Positions 37,122 through 46,116 of a DNA stretch of 64,000 bases are shown here, piece by piece. The position numbers were made by a program, and so were the translations under genes. Location of the stretch: positions 10,701-74,700 of the forward strand of contig DATKNH010000123.1 of assembly GCA_035541455.1 (NCBI GenBank), written 5' to 3'. The DNA is from Syntrophorhabdales bacterium (lineage in GTDB: Bacteria > Desulfobacterota > Syntrophorhabdia > Syntrophorhabdales > WCHB1-27). Position 1 is the stretch's first letter, and the number at the start of each line of letters is the position of its first letter. Under the pieces are notes generated by a model. The model had not been told where the DNA came from. It worked only from the letters and a program-made list of their open reading frames with translations, and made no database searches.

Positions 37122-37829
37122 TTGAGTAAATCAAAACGGCAAGATCAATCAAAGAAGCAGAATAACTCTGGTTCGAAAGCGGCTGCCGGCACGGTGGTAG
37201 TGACTCAGAGTGCGGCTAAGAGTAAATGGAGAGAATACGCAGAGTCACTGATCATTGCAGCACTCATCGCGTTCGTCGTGCGAAGCTTTGTGGTGCAGGC
37301 ATTCAAGATACCATCGTCATCGATGGAGCCCACGCTCCTTATCGGAGACCATCTCCTGGTCAACCGACTGAGCTACGTGGTGAAAGTACCCTTTACTGAT
37401 ATCGTGCTGCTCCACATCAAAGGGCCGGATCGGGGGGATGTCGTCGTCTTTCGATACCCTGAGGACAGGACCAAGGACTTCATCAAGAGGGTGATTGCCA
37501 AAGAAGGAGACGTTGTCGAGATCAAAGATAAAGCAGTCTATGTCAACAGCAAGCGAGCCGATTATCCGCAGGCAGTCTTTGCTGAGCCAACCGTTATTCC
37601 TGGTTATTTCTCGCCGAGAGATAATCTTGGCCCTCTGACAGTGCCTAAGGATTCCTACTTTGTCATGGGCGATAACAGAGACCGGAGCCTGGACAGTCGC
37701 TTCTGGGGTTTTGTCAAGTACGATGATTTTGTCGGGAGGGCGCTGATCATCTACTTCTCCTGGAACGCCAACGCGTCCAACCCGCTGGAGTATATTCGCT
37801 GGTCGCGGATCGGCAGTCTGATACGGTGA
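37122..37829 (+). CDS. lepB: Signal peptidase I
   Basis: The boxes IPSSSMEPTL, GDVVVF, KRVIA and GDNRDRSLDSRFWG are present. TTG start. Confidence 0.9.
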   Translation: MSKSKRQDQSKKQNNSGSKAAAGTVVVTQSAAKSKWREYAESLIIAALIAFVVRSFVVQAFKIPSSSMEPTLLIGDHLLVNRLSYVVKVPFTDIVLLHIKGPDRGDVVVFRYPEDRTKDFIKRVIAKEGDVVEIKDKAVYVNSKRADYPQAVFAEPTVIPGYFSPRDNLGPLTVPKDSYFVMGDNRDRSLDSRFWGFVKYDDFVGRALIIYFSWNANASNPLEYIRWSRIGSLIR

Positions 37830-37898
37830 GGCCATTTGTTTCTTTCTCTTGGCCCGTCTGCGAAAAAGTTGTATTATGAATGAATTGCAAGGGGATAT

Positions 37899-39569
37899 GT
37901 GAATAGATCTCTGACTCTCCTCATCACGCTTCTGGTCAGTGCCACTGTCGGTGCGTCTAGCCTCAGCGCGGATAGCGGGGCCGCTTATTTCAACTTTCTC
38001 AAGGGATACCGGGCTGCCCAGGAAGGTAGATACGACCAGGCTGTGGAAGGCTATCGGGCGGCTTTGCACAACGACCCAAACTCGTCGAGCATACGGGGCG
38101 AGCTTGCCTTGCTCTACACAAACATGGGGGAATTGCCCAAAGCCGAAGAGCAACTCAAGGAAGCGCTCCGCATCGATCCAAACAATTGTACCACGATGAA
38201 GTTGCTCGCCGGTCTCCAATCATCGAGGGGAGAGACGGATAAAGCCAAAGAGCTCTACGAGCGCTGCATCAGTATTGACCCCGAGGACATCGATGCTTAC
38301 ATCTATCTCGGTTCCATTTATATTGCGCAGAAGAACTATGAGAAGGCGCTCAGCAACTACCAGACGGTCCTGAAATACGACGAAGATAACATAATGGCCC
38401 TTTACTATTCCGGGAGGCTCTATGCCGAGCAGAAGAACTATGTAAAGGCGAAAGAATACTATACGAAAGTGCTGGACATGAGGCCGAACTTTGAGCTGGC
38501 GCTTTTTGACCTGGGTGCCATATACGAGATTGAAGGTGCCGTCGATCGGGCGAAGGAACTGTATGAGAAGGTGATCGCACTCAATCCTCAGAATAAGAGA
38601 GCCCGCTCACGCCTCGCAGCTATCTATGTACGGAAGAAGGAGTATGACCGGGCCATCTTCGAATTCGAGAAACTCTCCGATATGAATCGTGAAGATGTTT
38701 CAGTCAGGGAGAACATAGGCTTGCTTCATCTGGAACGTGGTCGCTATGAAGAGGCTATACGGGAGTTCAATCTGGTGCTGGCCTCGAGGCCGAAGGATAA
38801 CAAGGTCAGGCTCTATCTCGCCCTTGCCCTGCAGGAAATAGGTGATACAAAAAGGGCCATCGACGAGATCTTGAAGATCGAGCCCGGGACGGAAGAAGCG
38901 AAGGCCGCGAACAAGAGCCTTGGGCCCCTTTATATCAAGGCAGGACTCGTCGACCAGGGCGTTGCAAAAATCAAAGAGATGCTTGCGAGCGATCCGAAGA
39001 ACATTGACTTATACCTGATGCTTTCGGGACTCTATGAGGAAAAAGGGGATTACGGCGCCGGCATCAAAGTGCTGGAGGATGCACTAAAAGTGGAGCCCGA
39101 GAATATCGATGTGCTGTATGAACTGGGAGTCCTACATGAGAAGAACAAGCAGACGGATACGGCACTCCGGTACATGGAGCAGGTACTCAGTTTGAACCCT
39201 GATCAGGCGAATGCCCTCAACTTTATCGGCTATACGTGGGCTGAAAAAGGGATAAACCTCGATAAGGCAGAGGAAATGATAAAGAAGGCGCTCGAACTCA
39301 AGCCGGGGGACGGCTACATACAGGATAGCCTGGGATGGCTCTACTATCAAAAGGGCGATTACAGGAAAGCAGCAGACGAACTCATGAAGGCGCACCAGAA
39401 GGCGCCGGATGACCCTGTCATTGCAGAGCACGTGGGAGACGCATACCTGAAACTGGGCGATCGTGCTCAGGCAACCCAGTTTCTGCAGAAAGCGCTGAAG
39501 CTGGACACGAAAGGTGAGCGCAAACAGATCCTGGAAGAAAAGTTGAAGGATCTTGAAAAGAAGAAGTGA
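37899..39569 (+). CDS. Tetratricopeptide-repeat protein with a signal peptide
   Basis: Many consecutive 34-aa TPR units (A..Y...L..DP.N). GTG start. Confidence 0.8.
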   Translation: MNRSLTLLITLLVSATVGASSLSADSGAAYFNFLKGYRAAQEGRYDQAVEGYRAALHNDPNSSSIRGELALLYTNMGELPKAEEQLKEALRIDPNNCTTMKLLAGLQSSRGETDKAKELYERCISIDPEDIDAYIYLGSIYIAQKNYEKALSNYQTVLKYDEDNIMALYYSGRLYAEQKNYVKAKEYYTKVLDMRPNFELALFDLGAIYEIEGAVDRAKELYEKVIALNPQNKRARSRLAAIYVRKKEYDRAIFEFEKLSDMNREDVSVRENIGLLHLERGRYEEAIREFNLVLASRPKDNKVRLYLALALQEIGDTKRAIDEILKIEPGTEEAKAANKSLGPLYIKAGLVDQGVAKIKEMLASDPKNIDLYLMLSGLYEEKGDYGAGIKVLEDALKVEPENIDVLYELGVLHEKNKQTDTALRYMEQVLSLNPDQANALNFIGYTWAEKGINLDKAEEMIKKALELKPGDGYIQDSLGWLYYQKGDYRKAADELMKAHQKAPDDPVIAEHVGDAYLKLGDRAQATQFLQKALKLDTKGERKQILEEKLKDLEKKK

Positions 39570-40114
39570 AGATAGCCTGCATCTGTTTACTCTCCTTTGC
39601 CCTGCTTAGTTCGTGCGCATCAATTCCAAGAAAAGAAGCGGTTGAATGGCCTGAGAGGCTTCAGTATCTGGAGGCCCTCGGCGATCTTTCCATGTCCTGG
39701 CGGAAAATAGATTTTTCCGGCACTGTCAGCATTAAGATGGACTATCCCTCCCTCTTTGTGCTTGAGATTTACGGCATGTTCGGCCAGACAATAGCCTATA
39801 TAAAGAAAGAAGGCGACAACTTCCTTCTCGTAGCCGGGGATGAGAAGAGCACAGACGAGCGGATTTTTGAGGAGCACTATGGTTTCCGCATAGAGAACTT
39901 TATGGATGATCTGGCAATGAAGGGTGATCGTCAGCAGGTAAATGGATCGAGCGTTATAGAACGAGCAGGCTACCGTGTAATCTATGATCGCGATCGCAAG
40001 GGAAGAAACAAGATCACCTGGAAGGGGCCTGACGGTACCATGCAATTACTCTTCACGCAGGTAAGCTTTGCCCCGGGGGAGTCCAGTGTCGATAGTGGTG
40101 GCAGGAAGATGTGA
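39566..40114 (+). CDS. Putative lipoprotein (function unknown, possibly LolB-like)
   Basis: Signal peptide with the lipobox LLSSC. It overlaps the TPR gene stop by 4 nt. Confidence 0.55.
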   Translation: MKIACICLLSFALLSSCASIPRKEAVEWPERLQYLEALGDLSMSWRKIDFSGTVSIKMDYPSLFVLEIYGMFGQTIAYIKKEGDNFLLVAGDEKSTDERIFEEHYGFRIENFMDDLAMKGDRQQVNGSSVIERAGYRVIYDRDRKGRNKITWKGPDGTMQLLFTQVSFAPGESSVDSGGRKM

Positions 40115-41147
40115 CGGGTATGATTCCTCTGGGCTGCGCAGATTCCTCGAGCGGGCTTTCGCGGAAGTTGGATTTGCTTTCGATCCTTGCAGGGTGCTGC
40201 TGAAGCCTAACCTGCTCGCAGGCAAGCCACCTCAGAAGGCTGTTAATACTCATCCTCAGCTTATCAGAGCCTTGGGGCAAATCTTTCTCGAAAAGGGATG
40301 TGATGTCTATGTGGGGGACAGCCCTGGTTATGAATCCACAGAGAGGGCGCTCAAGGGTTCTGGCATCATGGAGGTGGTGCACGATCTGCGAATCAATGTC
40401 GCAGCGTTCGATAAACGAGTGATCAGGAAGTCCCGCGGCGTCTCTCCTTATCGCGAGTTTCTCTTTGGCGAAGACCCTGCGTTCTTTGATATCATCGTCA
40501 ACATGCCGAAGCTGAAGACGCACGCGATGATGGGGTTGACTCTGGGCGTAAAGAACATGTTCGGTTTTGTGCCACGCTTCGAGAAAGCCAAGTGGCATTT
40601 AAAGGCAGGCCGGGATGCTCGGCTCTTCGCAGGAATACTGATAGACATCTGCCGCCTTGTCAATCCCACGATAACCATTCTCGACGGGATCCTTGCAATG
40701 GACGGAGATGGGCCGTCCAGTGGCCGGCCACGGGATATCGGCCTTATTGCGGTTTCCCGCGACGTACTCGCATTGGATGCCTTCATTGAAAGAGCCATGA
40801 CACTTCCATCGCCCCTGCCGCTCATGAATCTTGCAATGGAAAAAGATTTAATTGAAATGGCAGAGATAGTGAACCTTGGCATGCCGGAAATCAGGGATTT
40901 TCTTCTGCCCAAGACCATGGACGTGGGTTGGAACCTTCCGGGCGCCGTACGTCAGACTATGAAGAGGCTCTTTGTGAGGAAGCCGAAATGCGCGCAGGAC
41001 ATGTGCAAGCAGTGCGGAGTGTGTGCAGAGGTCTGTCCGGCAAGCGCCATCAAAACGGACGAGGAGTTTCCTGCATTTGATTACAACAAGTGCATACGTT
41101 GTTACTGCTGCCAGGAGCTATGCCCCCACGCCGCCATCCGGGTCTAG
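40086..41147 (+). CDS. DUF362-domain protein with a C-terminal 2x[4Fe-4S] ferredoxin domain
   Basis: Begins VSIVVAGRCDGYD, like DUF362 proteins. The C-terminus carries CKQCGVCAEVCP and CIRCYCCQELCP. The GTG at 40086 is preceded by GGGGGAG. Confidence 0.7.
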   Translation: MSIVVAGRCDGYDSSGLRRFLERAFAEVGFAFDPCRVLLKPNLLAGKPPQKAVNTHPQLIRALGQIFLEKGCDVYVGDSPGYESTERALKGSGIMEVVHDLRINVAAFDKRVIRKSRGVSPYREFLFGEDPAFFDIIVNMPKLKTHAMMGLTLGVKNMFGFVPRFEKAKWHLKAGRDARLFAGILIDICRLVNPTITILDGILAMDGDGPSSGRPRDIGLIAVSRDVLALDAFIERAMTLPSPLPLMNLAMEKDLIEMAEIVNLGMPEIRDFLLPKTMDVGWNLPGAVRQTMKRLFVRKPKCAQDMCKQCGVCAEVCPASAIKTDEEFPAFDYNKCIRCYCCQELCPHAAIRV

Positions 41148-41199
41148 CGCTACGCCACGCTGCCTTTTACGCAGTGCTTCGTTGGGCGAGTTCCGCTCC

Positions 41200-41646
41200 T
41201 TATTTCAGCGCACCCGGTGAAACCGATTCCACGGTGCCGCCTCCGAGTGTTATCGTCATTTCGATCACCGGTCTGTCAACTCGTTTCCACGCCAGTTGCC
41301 CGTGTTTCATCTTCGCTGGCAGGTACAGAGAATGGGTCTTGTTTATCGTGACTGGTTTGCCGTCTATCGTCATCTCAAATTCTGCGCCGAGGTCTTCCGG
41401 ATTGTGAGGATCAGTGCCAATGTGCAGGACTATCTGGTCAAAGTCGTGTGTGTGTTCGCCGATGAGCGGGTTTGGATCGGGGATAGCCCATATCCAGCCA
41501 TACTCGACGTATACGTTACAACCGGGAACAAAGGTATTGTTCATCCAGGTCAATGATGGAAGCTTGCGGCCTGTGACAACAGTGTTGCACCCAACCTCGT
41601 AGGCCGGTTTCAGTACAAGCGTTGCCTCGCGCTTTTCCTCGTCCAT
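41200..41646 (-). CDS. Hypothetical protein (possible cupin-like beta-barrel)
   Basis: 148-aa ORF with an AGGAG RBS and its own promoter. The segment GEHTHDFDQIVL...H is cupin-like. Confidence 0.5.
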   Translation of the reverse strand: MDEEKREATLVLKPAYEVGCNTVVTGRKLPSLTWMNNTFVPGCNVYVEYGWIWAIPDPNPLIGEHTHDFDQIVLHIGTDPHNPEDLGAEFEMTIDGKPVTINKTHSLYLPAKMKHGQLAWKRVDRPVIEMTITLGGGTVESVSPGALK

Positions 41647-41692
41647 GTCTCTTGTATTCTCCTTCTTGAACGTAGAGGTATTTGTCTTTCGG

Positions 41693-41722
41693 AGTCTACT
41701 AAAAGGGAGATTTGCCTGTCAA
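41693..41722 (-). promoter_or_regulatory. Putative promoter (TTGACA-18-TAGACT) for 41200-41646
   Basis: Read on the minus strand. A second TTGACA-17-TAACTT lies about 55 nt further upstream. Confidence 0.4.
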
Positions 41723-41924
41723 GAGAAAGCACGAGGGCAACCAAAGCGAAAAACGGAAGTTAGCGTGAGCTACTTCTTGTGTCAATCTGAATTCAAGACG
41801 GACGACCCAACCTCCGGCCGGGTACCCCGGGCGCTCGAGCCATGGCGAACGAAGGCGTACCTTAAGTACGTCGCAGTGAGACGGGGCGAAGGCAACGCGG
41901 TATACGCTTGAATTCAAATTGACA

Positions 41925-42413
41925 TTAAGAGTAATCGCCGCGCTTGAACTTCTCTACCTCAACCACCGACGTAATAAGCACGCGATTGAGAATATCTTTG
42001 AGGCTGTCGCCGTCGGGAAGCGTAACAAGGACAGCAGCGAGCGATTTGTTCTGCTCCTCCATGCGGCCTATGAGCGACTGCAGCGACTGAGCAGGAGTGC
42101 TTGCATTCCCGAGATTTCGCTGGTATTCTTCCAGCGTATCGAGCAGTTGTTCGACTCGCTCCAGTATTAGCCCCTGCTGCTCTACTGTGGATGCACCTGC
42201 CAGAGCTCCGATGCCGGCAACGGTGTCTACGCGCATCGCCTGGACGTTCTTGGGTGCGGACGTCTCTGAACTCGCATTCTCCCGCATCTGTGTCTTTTCG
42301 AACTCCATGGTCCTCTGCAGGAGCTTGCCAAACTTGTTAGCATCATGAGTCTTGGGCCTTTTCCCAGCCTGTTCTGTAATGATGCGGGACGGCTCATCCG
42401 TCTTGATTTTCAT
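41925..42413 (-). CDS. Hypothetical 162-aa protein
   Basis: Hydrophilic and predicted helical. I recognise no family with confidence. Confidence 0.45.
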   Translation of the reverse strand: MKIKTDEPSRIITEQAGKRPKTHDANKFGKLLQRTMEFEKTQMRENASSETSAPKNVQAMRVDTVAGIGALAGASTVEQQGLILERVEQLLDTLEEYQRNLGNASTPAQSLQSLIGRMEEQNKSLAAVLVTLPDGDSLKDILNRVLITSVVEVEKFKRGDYS

Positions 42414-42531
42414 AGCTGGGGCACCCCTTAGGCAATCTTTACGGACTGTTTACCGGGTACGAGTCCTATAGTGCTTATCGGCAGAACGTGAGGACTGCAA
42501 TAGCCCCGGAACTCATTACTTTCGCTTCTCT

Positions 42532-42786
42532 TTATCCTCCGGCGACCGGCGGGAATATGCTGAGGATATCTCCGTCCCCGACCATGTAGTCTCCGGTCAC
42601 CACATTACCGTTCACTATAAATATCTTCGGCGTGTCAGACGGCAAATGTATCTCGTCCGCGATCCTGTCCACCGCCATGCCTTCCCGCAGGCTTTTCTTG
42701 AACGAAGCCACGGAGCCCTTTGGCAGGTAATCCCGAAAGGTCGCGAACAATCGCACCTCAATTTCCATGCCTACCTTATACCTCAA
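42532..42786 (-). CDS. MoaD/ThiS-family ubiquitin-like sulfur-carrier protein
   Basis: 84 aa with a beta-grasp pattern and a C-terminal ...FPPVAGG diglycine. Confidence 0.8.
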   Translation of the reverse strand: MRYKVGMEIEVRLFATFRDYLPKGSVASFKKSLREGMAVDRIADEIHLPSDTPKIFIVNGNVVTGDYMVGDGDILSIFPPVAGG

Positions 42787-42795
42787 ACGGTACGC

Positions 42796-44415
42796 TTATG
42801 CAAGTCGCACGCGATTGTCGAGCGCCTTTCGTAATGCTTCGGCAAGCTCTGTGCTCTTGTAAGGTCGCACGACAAGCGTGTGAAAGTCTGACTGCTCGAA
42901 TTGTTTCAGGGCGGGATCATTGGAGCTGACGGCGGATGCAACTATTCTTACCCCGGCATGAATCTGTTTAAAGTTCCGGATGGTTTCGGCCGCGTTGGGG
43001 CTGCCGGAGAGCGAGAGATCAAGGATCACCGCATCAAACGGCACCCCAGTGTCAAGGGCGCTCTTGTAACGTGCAAGAGCCTCGAGTCCATTTCGGGCGT
43101 AGCCGACTTCGCAGCCCATGTAGCTCAGCATCCCTCCTGTTACATCCCGGACTATCTCTTCATCGTCCACCACCAGAATTTTGCTGTCTGCCAGTAGATG
43201 ACGGAGCTCCCTGTTTTTTCTTCCATTACCTTCCAAGCTTGGGGCGCCAGCCGCTTCGATTTGTGATTCCTGTTTCGTATTGTTTTCCTTCTCCCCGGCG
43301 TATGGCTCAAGCGAGTACGGCAGCTCTTCCGGAGCGACGTGGTGAAGACTTTCGAGAGAGGGTAACGGCTGCTCGGGGATCGGCTCTGCTTCTCCTCCCC
43401 GGTACCTCAAGACAGCGGATGCCTGCTGCATCAGCGTTGCGACAAGAGCAGGGTGGTCGAGCTTGGCTCCCCTGGGCATCAGGATTGTAACCATACCGAA
43501 AACTTCCCTTTCGGACGTCAGCCCTGCTATGTAGGTACTGCCGAAAAGGAAGAATTCTTCCATGGCTCTGTAGACGTCTTTTGGCAGTCTGTCCTCGAAT
43601 AGTCCGCGCAACCCTCCGGGCACGGCTACGGGGGTGCAACTCATGACATAACGTTTGAACTCCTCCTCGGTGAGGGGGAATGAAGCACCCACAAGGTGTC
43701 TCAGGAGCAGCCCGAGGATAATTTCCGCGTTACGAATGGGACCCGCAATGTCTTTGACGAAAAAGAGATTCAATTTCTTATCAAATGAGTTGATTATTAC
43801 GTAGGCGTCACCCACGAGTTTACCGATGTAGTTTCCCAACAACCTGTACACGTGGTCGTCGTGTGAAGCCTCGAGCAGTCCCGTGGCCGTGCGGGAAAGC
43901 AGCTCCAATCCCTGTAGGTACCTTTTTTCGGCCAGCTGAAGCTTGTAGCGCTCGGTCGCGGGTTTAAGGGTAACCTGTACGAATGTCTTCTCCTCGTACG
44001 TGACCACGATGAAAAGGCTATCCACCAGGACACCCTGGCCGCCCTTTCCGACAGAAGAAAGGCCCTGTATGGTTCCGGAACCTTCCTTCAGCACTTGCTG
44101 GAATGCGGGTCTGAACTCGTGCGATGCGTCCTCGTGGTAAAGCTGCTGCACGTTCATGGAAACCAGTTCTTCCTGCCGAAAGCCCAGCAACGCTTCTGAT
44201 TGGTGATTTGAAGCAAGAATATGCCCTTCTTGGTCAAGAAGGAGAAGGGCGGAGGGAGTTTCCTCCATCAGCTGATCGTATAGTGCTCTTGCCCTCTCGA
44301 GTGCCTGCTGCGTCATGAACCGCTCGTTGTCCAGTTTTTCCAATTGGGCGGTGGCCTTGCAGACATCTCGAAGTGTTGTAATCAGTAAATCTCCTGCGCT
44401 TCCTCTTTTGCTCAT
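42796..44415 (-). CDS. PAS-domain protein with a C-terminal response-regulator receiver domain
   Basis: N-terminal PAS, a central region of unknown type, and a C-terminal REC (ILVVDDEE...ILDLSL...). Confidence 0.8.
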   Translation of the reverse strand: MSKRGSAGDLLITTLRDVCKATAQLEKLDNERFMTQQALERARALYDQLMEETPSALLLLDQEGHILASNHQSEALLGFRQEELVSMNVQQLYHEDASHEFRPAFQQVLKEGSGTIQGLSSVGKGGQGVLVDSLFIVVTYEEKTFVQVTLKPATERYKLQLAEKRYLQGLELLSRTATGLLEASHDDHVYRLLGNYIGKLVGDAYVIINSFDKKLNLFFVKDIAGPIRNAEIILGLLLRHLVGASFPLTEEEFKRYVMSCTPVAVPGGLRGLFEDRLPKDVYRAMEEFFLFGSTYIAGLTSEREVFGMVTILMPRGAKLDHPALVATLMQQASAVLRYRGGEAEPIPEQPLPSLESLHHVAPEELPYSLEPYAGEKENNTKQESQIEAAGAPSLEGNGRKNRELRHLLADSKILVVDDEEIVRDVTGGMLSYMGCEVGYARNGLEALARYKSALDTGVPFDAVILDLSLSGSPNAAETIRNFKQIHAGVRIVASAVSSNDPALKQFEQSDFHTLVVRPYKSTELAEALRKALDNRVRLA

Positions 44416-44533
44416 GAGTGGTGCGTATATACTGGGTACTAACTTACGATTCTACCAGAAACATGCTGCCAAGTCAGCGAAAAACAGAGTGCAGGAGAGG
44501 TACAAGATTTATGTACACGTAAAGGGCCGGGTA

Positions 44534-44542
44534 TGGTAAAAT
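44534..44542 (+). promoter_or_regulatory. Putative extended -10 (TGGTAAAAT) for the TRAP binding-protein gene
   Basis: Located about 35 nt upstream of the ATG at 44577, which has the RBS AAGGAGG. Confidence 0.35.
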
Positions 44543-44576
44543 TCAAGAAAATATCAGAGTGCTAAGGAGGTTGTGC

Positions 44577-45638
44577 ATGAAAAAATTTATGTGGTTGCTG
44601 CTTCTGGCATTTGTCTTTGTGGCTGGAACTTATTCCTTTTCCGTTGCGGCTGAAGTGATCAAATTGAAGGCTGCCAATTATTTGCCGCCAACCCACAAGA
44701 TGTCGGTCCTGACCGACACATTCTGCCAGGAGATAAAGAAGCGCACGAACGGACGGGTGGAGGTTACGTATTATCCGGGCGGCACGCTCCTCGACCCTGT
44801 GAAGATGTTCAACGGTGTAACCACCGGCATTACGGACATAGGCGTCTCCCATATCGACTATACGAGGGGGCGCTTTCCTGTGACAGAGGTGTTCGATCTG
44901 CCTCTGGGTTTTCCAAGCGGTTGGGTGGCAAGCCAGACGAGTGAAGACTTCTACAACAAGTTCAAACCGGCCGAATGGGACAGTGTTAAGGTCCTCTACA
45001 TCAACACTTCAGGTCCATTGATCCTGCAGACCATTGCCAAACCGGTCAAGACGCTGGAAGAGATCAAGGGCCTCAAGGTGAGGGCCACAGGACAAATGGC
45101 AGATGTGATAAAGGCACTGGGCGCGGTTCCTGTTCCTCTTCAAATGCCTGACGTTTACGAGGCCCTGAGGAGAGGAGTCATCGATGGCGTCACGGTTGAT
45201 CTTTCAACCCTCAAATACTGGAAGTTTGCGGATGTGGTGAAGTACGTCACCGCAGACTGGCGCCTTGGTACAGGGTACACTTTCTATTGCGTCATGAACA
45301 AGAACAAATGGAACAGCCTGCCTGCGGACCTCAAGAAGATTTTTGACGAGGTGTCGCACCAGACCTTTGAGGCACAGGCAGCTCTCTGGAACGAGATGGA
45401 CCTGGAGGGCAAGGAAGTTTTCACCGGTGGTGGTGGACAGATACTGCCTCTCTCTGATGCGGAAGTCGTGAAATGGGTAAAGGCGGTCGAGCCGGTAATC
45501 GCTGCTTACAAGAAGGACATGGTGTCGAAAGGGCATAAGGAAGCTGACGTTGACAGCTGGTTGAGTTACATCAAGGAACGGACCGAGTATTACAGAAAGC
45601 AGGAGAAGCAGAAGAAGATAGCCGCACCTTTTGAGTAA
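44577..45638 (+). CDS. TRAP-transporter solute-binding protein (DctP family), orphan
   Basis: Signal peptide and DctP-type fold motifs. No dctQ/dctM genes are adjacent. Confidence 0.8.
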   Translation: MKKFMWLLLLAFVFVAGTYSFSVAAEVIKLKAANYLPPTHKMSVLTDTFCQEIKKRTNGRVEVTYYPGGTLLDPVKMFNGVTTGITDIGVSHIDYTRGRFPVTEVFDLPLGFPSGWVASQTSEDFYNKFKPAEWDSVKVLYINTSGPLILQTIAKPVKTLEEIKGLKVRATGQMADVIKALGAVPVPLQMPDVYEALRRGVIDGVTVDLSTLKYWKFADVVKYVTADWRLGTGYTFYCVMNKNKWNSLPADLKKIFDEVSHQTFEAQAALWNEMDLEGKEVFTGGGGQILPLSDAEVVKWVKAVEPVIAAYKKDMVSKGHKEADVDSWLSYIKERTEYYRKQEKQKKIAAPFE

Positions 45639-45657
45639 CGATCGTCGAAAATGAATC

Positions 45658-45694
45658 GGGAGGATGCCTTCTAAATAGTTGAAGGCATTCTCCC
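45658..45694 (+). terminator. Hairpin terminator after the TRAP gene
   Basis: GGGAGGATGCCTTC-taaatagt-(t)GAAGGCATTCTCCC with one G-T wobble. A T-rich tract follows further downstream. Confidence 0.55.
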
Positions 45695-45831
45695 GCAGCA
45701 ATCCTCTTTTCAGGGAGCCTATCCCTGGGGCTCGCGTCGCCTCCATCCACTTCGTGGGTACCCGGTCGCCGGGGCCTCCAGGTAGGTCGTCTCTGTTTTG
45801 CCCGTGGGAATCCCTCTCCGATGTTTATCGT

Positions 45832-46116
45832 TTATCCGACAGGAGATTCGGAAGATGTGAGCGCGTGTGCATCGATACTGCAGTACGTATTTCCATCGAA
45901 CGAGAAGCACTTCTCGGGGTCGAGCAAGGGGAGAAGAGAGGTGATGCTGTCGGAAAGCTCCTGCACCGCGATACAGACACCGCAGTCAGAACTGAGACTG
46001 CGCGGCACCGGGACGATTTCAAAGATCGCACCCTTGTTCTTCAGTTGGCCCTCTGCTTTGAGCACTTCATGGATGCTCTGAAAAAGAAAAAAATAGGTAA
46101 TTCTAATTTCCGGCAA
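45832..46116 (-). CDS. DUF3343-family putative Se/S carrier protein
   Basis: The pattern YFFLFQS...A..L...G....IVPVPRSLSSDCGVCI is typical of DUF3343. TTG start overlapping the desulfurase stop. Confidence 0.7.
   Translation of the reverse strand: MPEIRITYFFLFQSIHEVLKAEGQLKNKGAIFEIVPVPRSLSSDCGVCIAVQELSDSITSLLPLLDPEKCFSFDGNTYCSIDAHALTSSESPVG

Noticed and set aside
41816-41916. Cloning-vector polylinker contamination (KpnI-SmaI-XhoI-NcoI...EcoRI-like string)
   Set aside because: It does not match any polylinker order I know. The flanks run continuously into native-looking promoters and genes with no vector backbone, and similar GGGTACCC strings occur in other spacers. I cannot exclude an assembly artefact without reads, so it is kept as a finding rather than called contamination.
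42787-42795. Moco riboswitch upstream of the MoaD-like gene
   Set aside because: Only 9 nt separate it from the upstream gene, which leaves no room for a riboswitch.
44577-45638. Complete TRAP transporter locus
   Set aside because: Only the periplasmic binding protein is present, and a terminator hairpin follows directly. The membrane DctQ/DctM components are not in this window.
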